A stretch of DNA of 63,077 bases, the filler included, from Octopus bimaculoides (lineage: Eukaryota), in assembly GCF_001194135.2 (NCBI RefSeq). It is 7 parts of 5 records of this genome, joined end to end, with 100 filler letters (N's around TTAATTAATTAA, not from the genome) between each part and the next. Parts side by side here need not be neighbours in the genome. Positions count along the whole stretch, not along the records: positions 56,592 to 61,933 come from NC_068987.1; positions 62,034 to 63,077 come from NC_068987.1; 5 more parts are not named here. One strand, 5' to 3'. Below are positions 59,871-63,077 of the stretch, piece after piece. The notes beneath the pieces are model-generated. The model was not told where the DNA came from and did not search any database. It worked only from the letters and a program-made list of their open reading frames with translations. Every line of letters starts with the position of its first letter. Within the stretch, counting starts at the first letter, position 1. A program made the position numbers and the translations under genes.

Positions 59871-61137
59871 ATAAAACTTACAGAAAAAAACATTCTATAA
59901 TCATTCTAATATCTGAGAACATTTAATACGACCGAAACGCGTACACGGTTGTCTGACCAAACACTAGATTCAATTTCTACTCCAAATATATTCATTTTCA
60001 ATCAATTAAAACCTCGGAGATATTTCCCTTGTCTTCACCAAGAAATACCTTAAAACTACTGACATATTTCGGTTTACAATTGTAATATCAAGTATTTGAA
60101 AATTATTTGGAGATCTCTACGTTAAATAGTGTTAGCTGCCATATAACTATATAACCCACATGCAGAAGGCGTTCCTTGCAAATTTCTTGCTTCTAAGATA
60201 TGTTCATAGCAGGTTCAAAATGTATCAAAGATATAATGGGAGCAAGTATACAAGATGATACTATATCCGACAACCAGCTGAAAATATCATCATTTCGTAT
60301 GATGCCATCACCTATGTAACACATCTCCAGTATCCACAGTATCCCCAACTACTTGTAGAATGTCAAATACTCTCTAAAATACCAATTATTTCCTATGCAC
60401 TATTGTCACGAAAGATCTAATGTGCAGTTCTGGAAAGGCTCCTCGTACGTAAGAGGGTGGCAAGTCGGCAGGAGAGTCTCGTCGCTATATGGTCAGCACA
60501 AGTGTTGGAGTTGGTCACAAGTTTGTTCCTGGGTTTACATACCTGTGGTTTGCTATTTATGAGAAATTATGGATCTAATACAATGTACTATACACACACA
60601 CATGCACAGATAGAACACACACAGAGCAGACACACACACACACAGAACACATACGCACACACTTACACACATGGACACACATATATATCATTAAATACTC
60701 TTGACAGTTAAGAATTTAAATTAAAGGATTCCGTGCCTTTAATATAAGAGTTTGTGTAAATACATGTCTGTGAGCGTGTGTGTGTCTGTGTGTGTGTTTG
60801 TGTATATATAGATATTATAATATATATTATATATTATATATATAGTATATACAAACATATATGTATGTATATATATACATGTACATATATGTACTATATA
60901 CTGTATACATATATATATATGTACGTATGTATGTATAGACACACATATATGCTTATATATAAACACACACATACACACATATACATGCCCATTTACGAAG
61001 TATATTTTTATGAACGTGACTGTGTATGTGTTTTGCGTGTACTCTTGTGTGTGTTTGTGTGTGTGTGCGTGTGTGTGTGTGCCTACGTGTGTGTCTGCGT
61101 ACATGCGTGTGNNNNNNNNNNNNNNNNNNNNNNNNNN

Positions 61138-61183
<46 letters not shown>

Positions 61184-61490
61184 TATACAAACATATATGT
61201 ATGTATATATATACATGTACATATATGTACTATATACTGTATACATATATATATATGTACGTATGTATGTATAGACACACATATATGCTTATATATAAAC
61301 ACACACATACACACATATACATGCCCATTTACGAAGTATATTTTTATGAACGTGACTGTGTATGTGTTTTGCGTGTACTCTTGTGTGTGTTTGTGTGTGT
61401 GTGCGTGTGTGTGTGTGCCTACGTGTGTGTCTGCGTACATGCGTGTGTGTTGGTTTGCTTCTCCTTATGTGCGCATGCTGTATTAAATAG

Positions 61491-61598
61491 CTGCAGGCGA
61501 AGGTCCGAGAAACTCTAAGACATAGACTAAATAAGGCAGCTGCAGACATGGGGATTGCAAAACGTCCCTTTAATTATTGCAAACTTAAATATGAATAA
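61491..61598 (+). CDS. Candidate terminal exon LQAKVRETLRHRLNKAAADMGIAKRPFNYCKLKYE*
   Basis: AG at 61489-61490 with a modest pyrimidine tract, open frame, AATAAA at 61621 and 61630. Homology not recognised. Confidence 0.22.
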   Translation: MQAKVRETLRHRLNKAAADMGIAKRPFNYCKLKYE

Positions 61599-63077
61599 CA
61601 GAAAATTGCAACAACATTTAAATAAAATGAATAAAAACTGTGCATGGAATGATGGCAATGTGCATAAAATGCATATTGTGGCTGCATGCTTAGCGGTTAT
61701 TTACTTGCAGATTTTTTTTCCACTGGATGCATATTTATGAAGGCTTGAACACACAGACATACATAGATGCACGTGCCTACATATATATATGCACTTATAC
61801 ACACACATACATATATATATATATACCTGCATATGTGTGTGCGTGTGTATGTGTGTTTCTGTCTGTGTCTCTGTGTGCGTGTGTGTATGTATTTATGTAT
61901 GAATTATATATAAGTATATATATATATATATATNNNNNNNNNNNNNNNNNNNNNNNNNNNNNNNNNNNNNNNNNNNNTTAATTAATTAANNNNNNNNNNN
62001 NNNNNNNNNNNNNNNNNNNNNNNNNNNNNNNNNTATATATATATATATATATCAGATGATTGTATCTGATATGTGCGCTGGTATCTATACATTCATCCAT
62101 GCACACACATGTATAAAAGCAAGCAGACACACAAATATTCGTCTCGATCATACATATATCCCTATACACATCTGCATACAAACGTTGTTGCCCATTCACA
62201 CCGAAGAGGGAAAGTAACATACACATTCTAGCTTGACATCTTGCACTCTAGTTTGAGAAGCCACCCTGTTACAAACGAAATAAAAGGTCAACAAACATGA
62301 ATTTGAAGAAAGATAAACATAAATAACAATGTTTAATACATCAAATCCTTTTTCTTGGCATCTTTCATATAATTTTGGCAAAGTAAAAGAGATTCGAGCG
62401 CATACGCGTTACAAGCCAGTAGTTTGATTTCCAGTTAAGTAAAACGTTAAACATATTCATAAAAAAAAACCCTATAATAACAACGTACCTTAAACAAATA
62501 GCAGCATATATGCACCATGGTTATGATAATGATGATGATGATGATGATGATGATATTAATAATATGAAATAAATAACGAAAACTATGAATAGCCAGTGTA
62601 ACAAGAAAGAAAAGATGCAAAAATCGATTTAATAGAACTGTCATAACAAAACTGTATCTAGTATGTTGGCTGGCATCTATCTGTTACAGCAAATACAATT
62701 TTATGTTTTAAGTTTTGCATTAAAACCAGACATATTTATGACACACTAATGTCATAAATAGAGTGTTTCTAGCTTTATTTATTTCTAACGCTTTGTTCGA
62801 TTGGCTGTCTTTTCAGTTTAAGTATGTATATGTGTGTACATACATAAATACACACACACACACACACACATACACACTCTCTCTCTCTCTCAAATACACA
62901 CGCACACACATACATATGTGTGCGTGTGCGTGCGCGCATTGTGTGTATGAATACACACACACAAACACGAATGTATTTACGTATATTTATATATACTTTG
63001 AGAGAAACATATAAACAGACTGACAAACAGACAGACAGATACATAGATAGGTAGATATATATATATATATATATATA

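Noticed and set aside
59905-59950. CCGAAACGCGTA as a third hammerhead
   Set aside because: The upstream core is incomplete and stems I and II do not pair.
60100-60370. Possible very old RT relic (SSCILAPI) on the minus strand
   Set aside because: Only one weak motif, with no YADD equivalent recovered.

Overview
AT-rich, repeat-saturated eukaryotic DNA from a short-read scaffold, with about 5.4 kb of N gaps, almost all flanked by microsatellites. The SINE families and microsatellite load point to a cephalopod, most likely Octopus; this is inference from recall, not a search. I recognise no complete protein-coding gene, rRNA, true tRNA or CRISPR array, and most long ORFs in the track are microsatellite or N-gap artefacts. 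Supported content: (1) many copies of at least three tRNA-headed SINE families plus a 3'-anchored (GAT)n-tailed family; (2) decayed LINE fragments of RTE/BovB, RTE/RTEX, Tx1/L1 and R4/Dong type; (3) DNA transposons, namely two Tc1 copies with DD36E spacing, a maT DD37D relic, a mariner end, a hAT MITE with 8-bp TSD and two piggyBac-type MITE families; (4) Penelope-like termini with degenerate minimal hammerhead ribozyme motifs; (5) two minisatellites and two near-perfect hairpins; (6) a few low-confidence plus-strand exon candidates. The most unusual item is a 2.1-kb RTE-BovB LINE whose ORF ends in three tandem C2H2 zinc fingers. Repeat boundaries were read by eye and are approximate unless a TIR or TSD is quoted.
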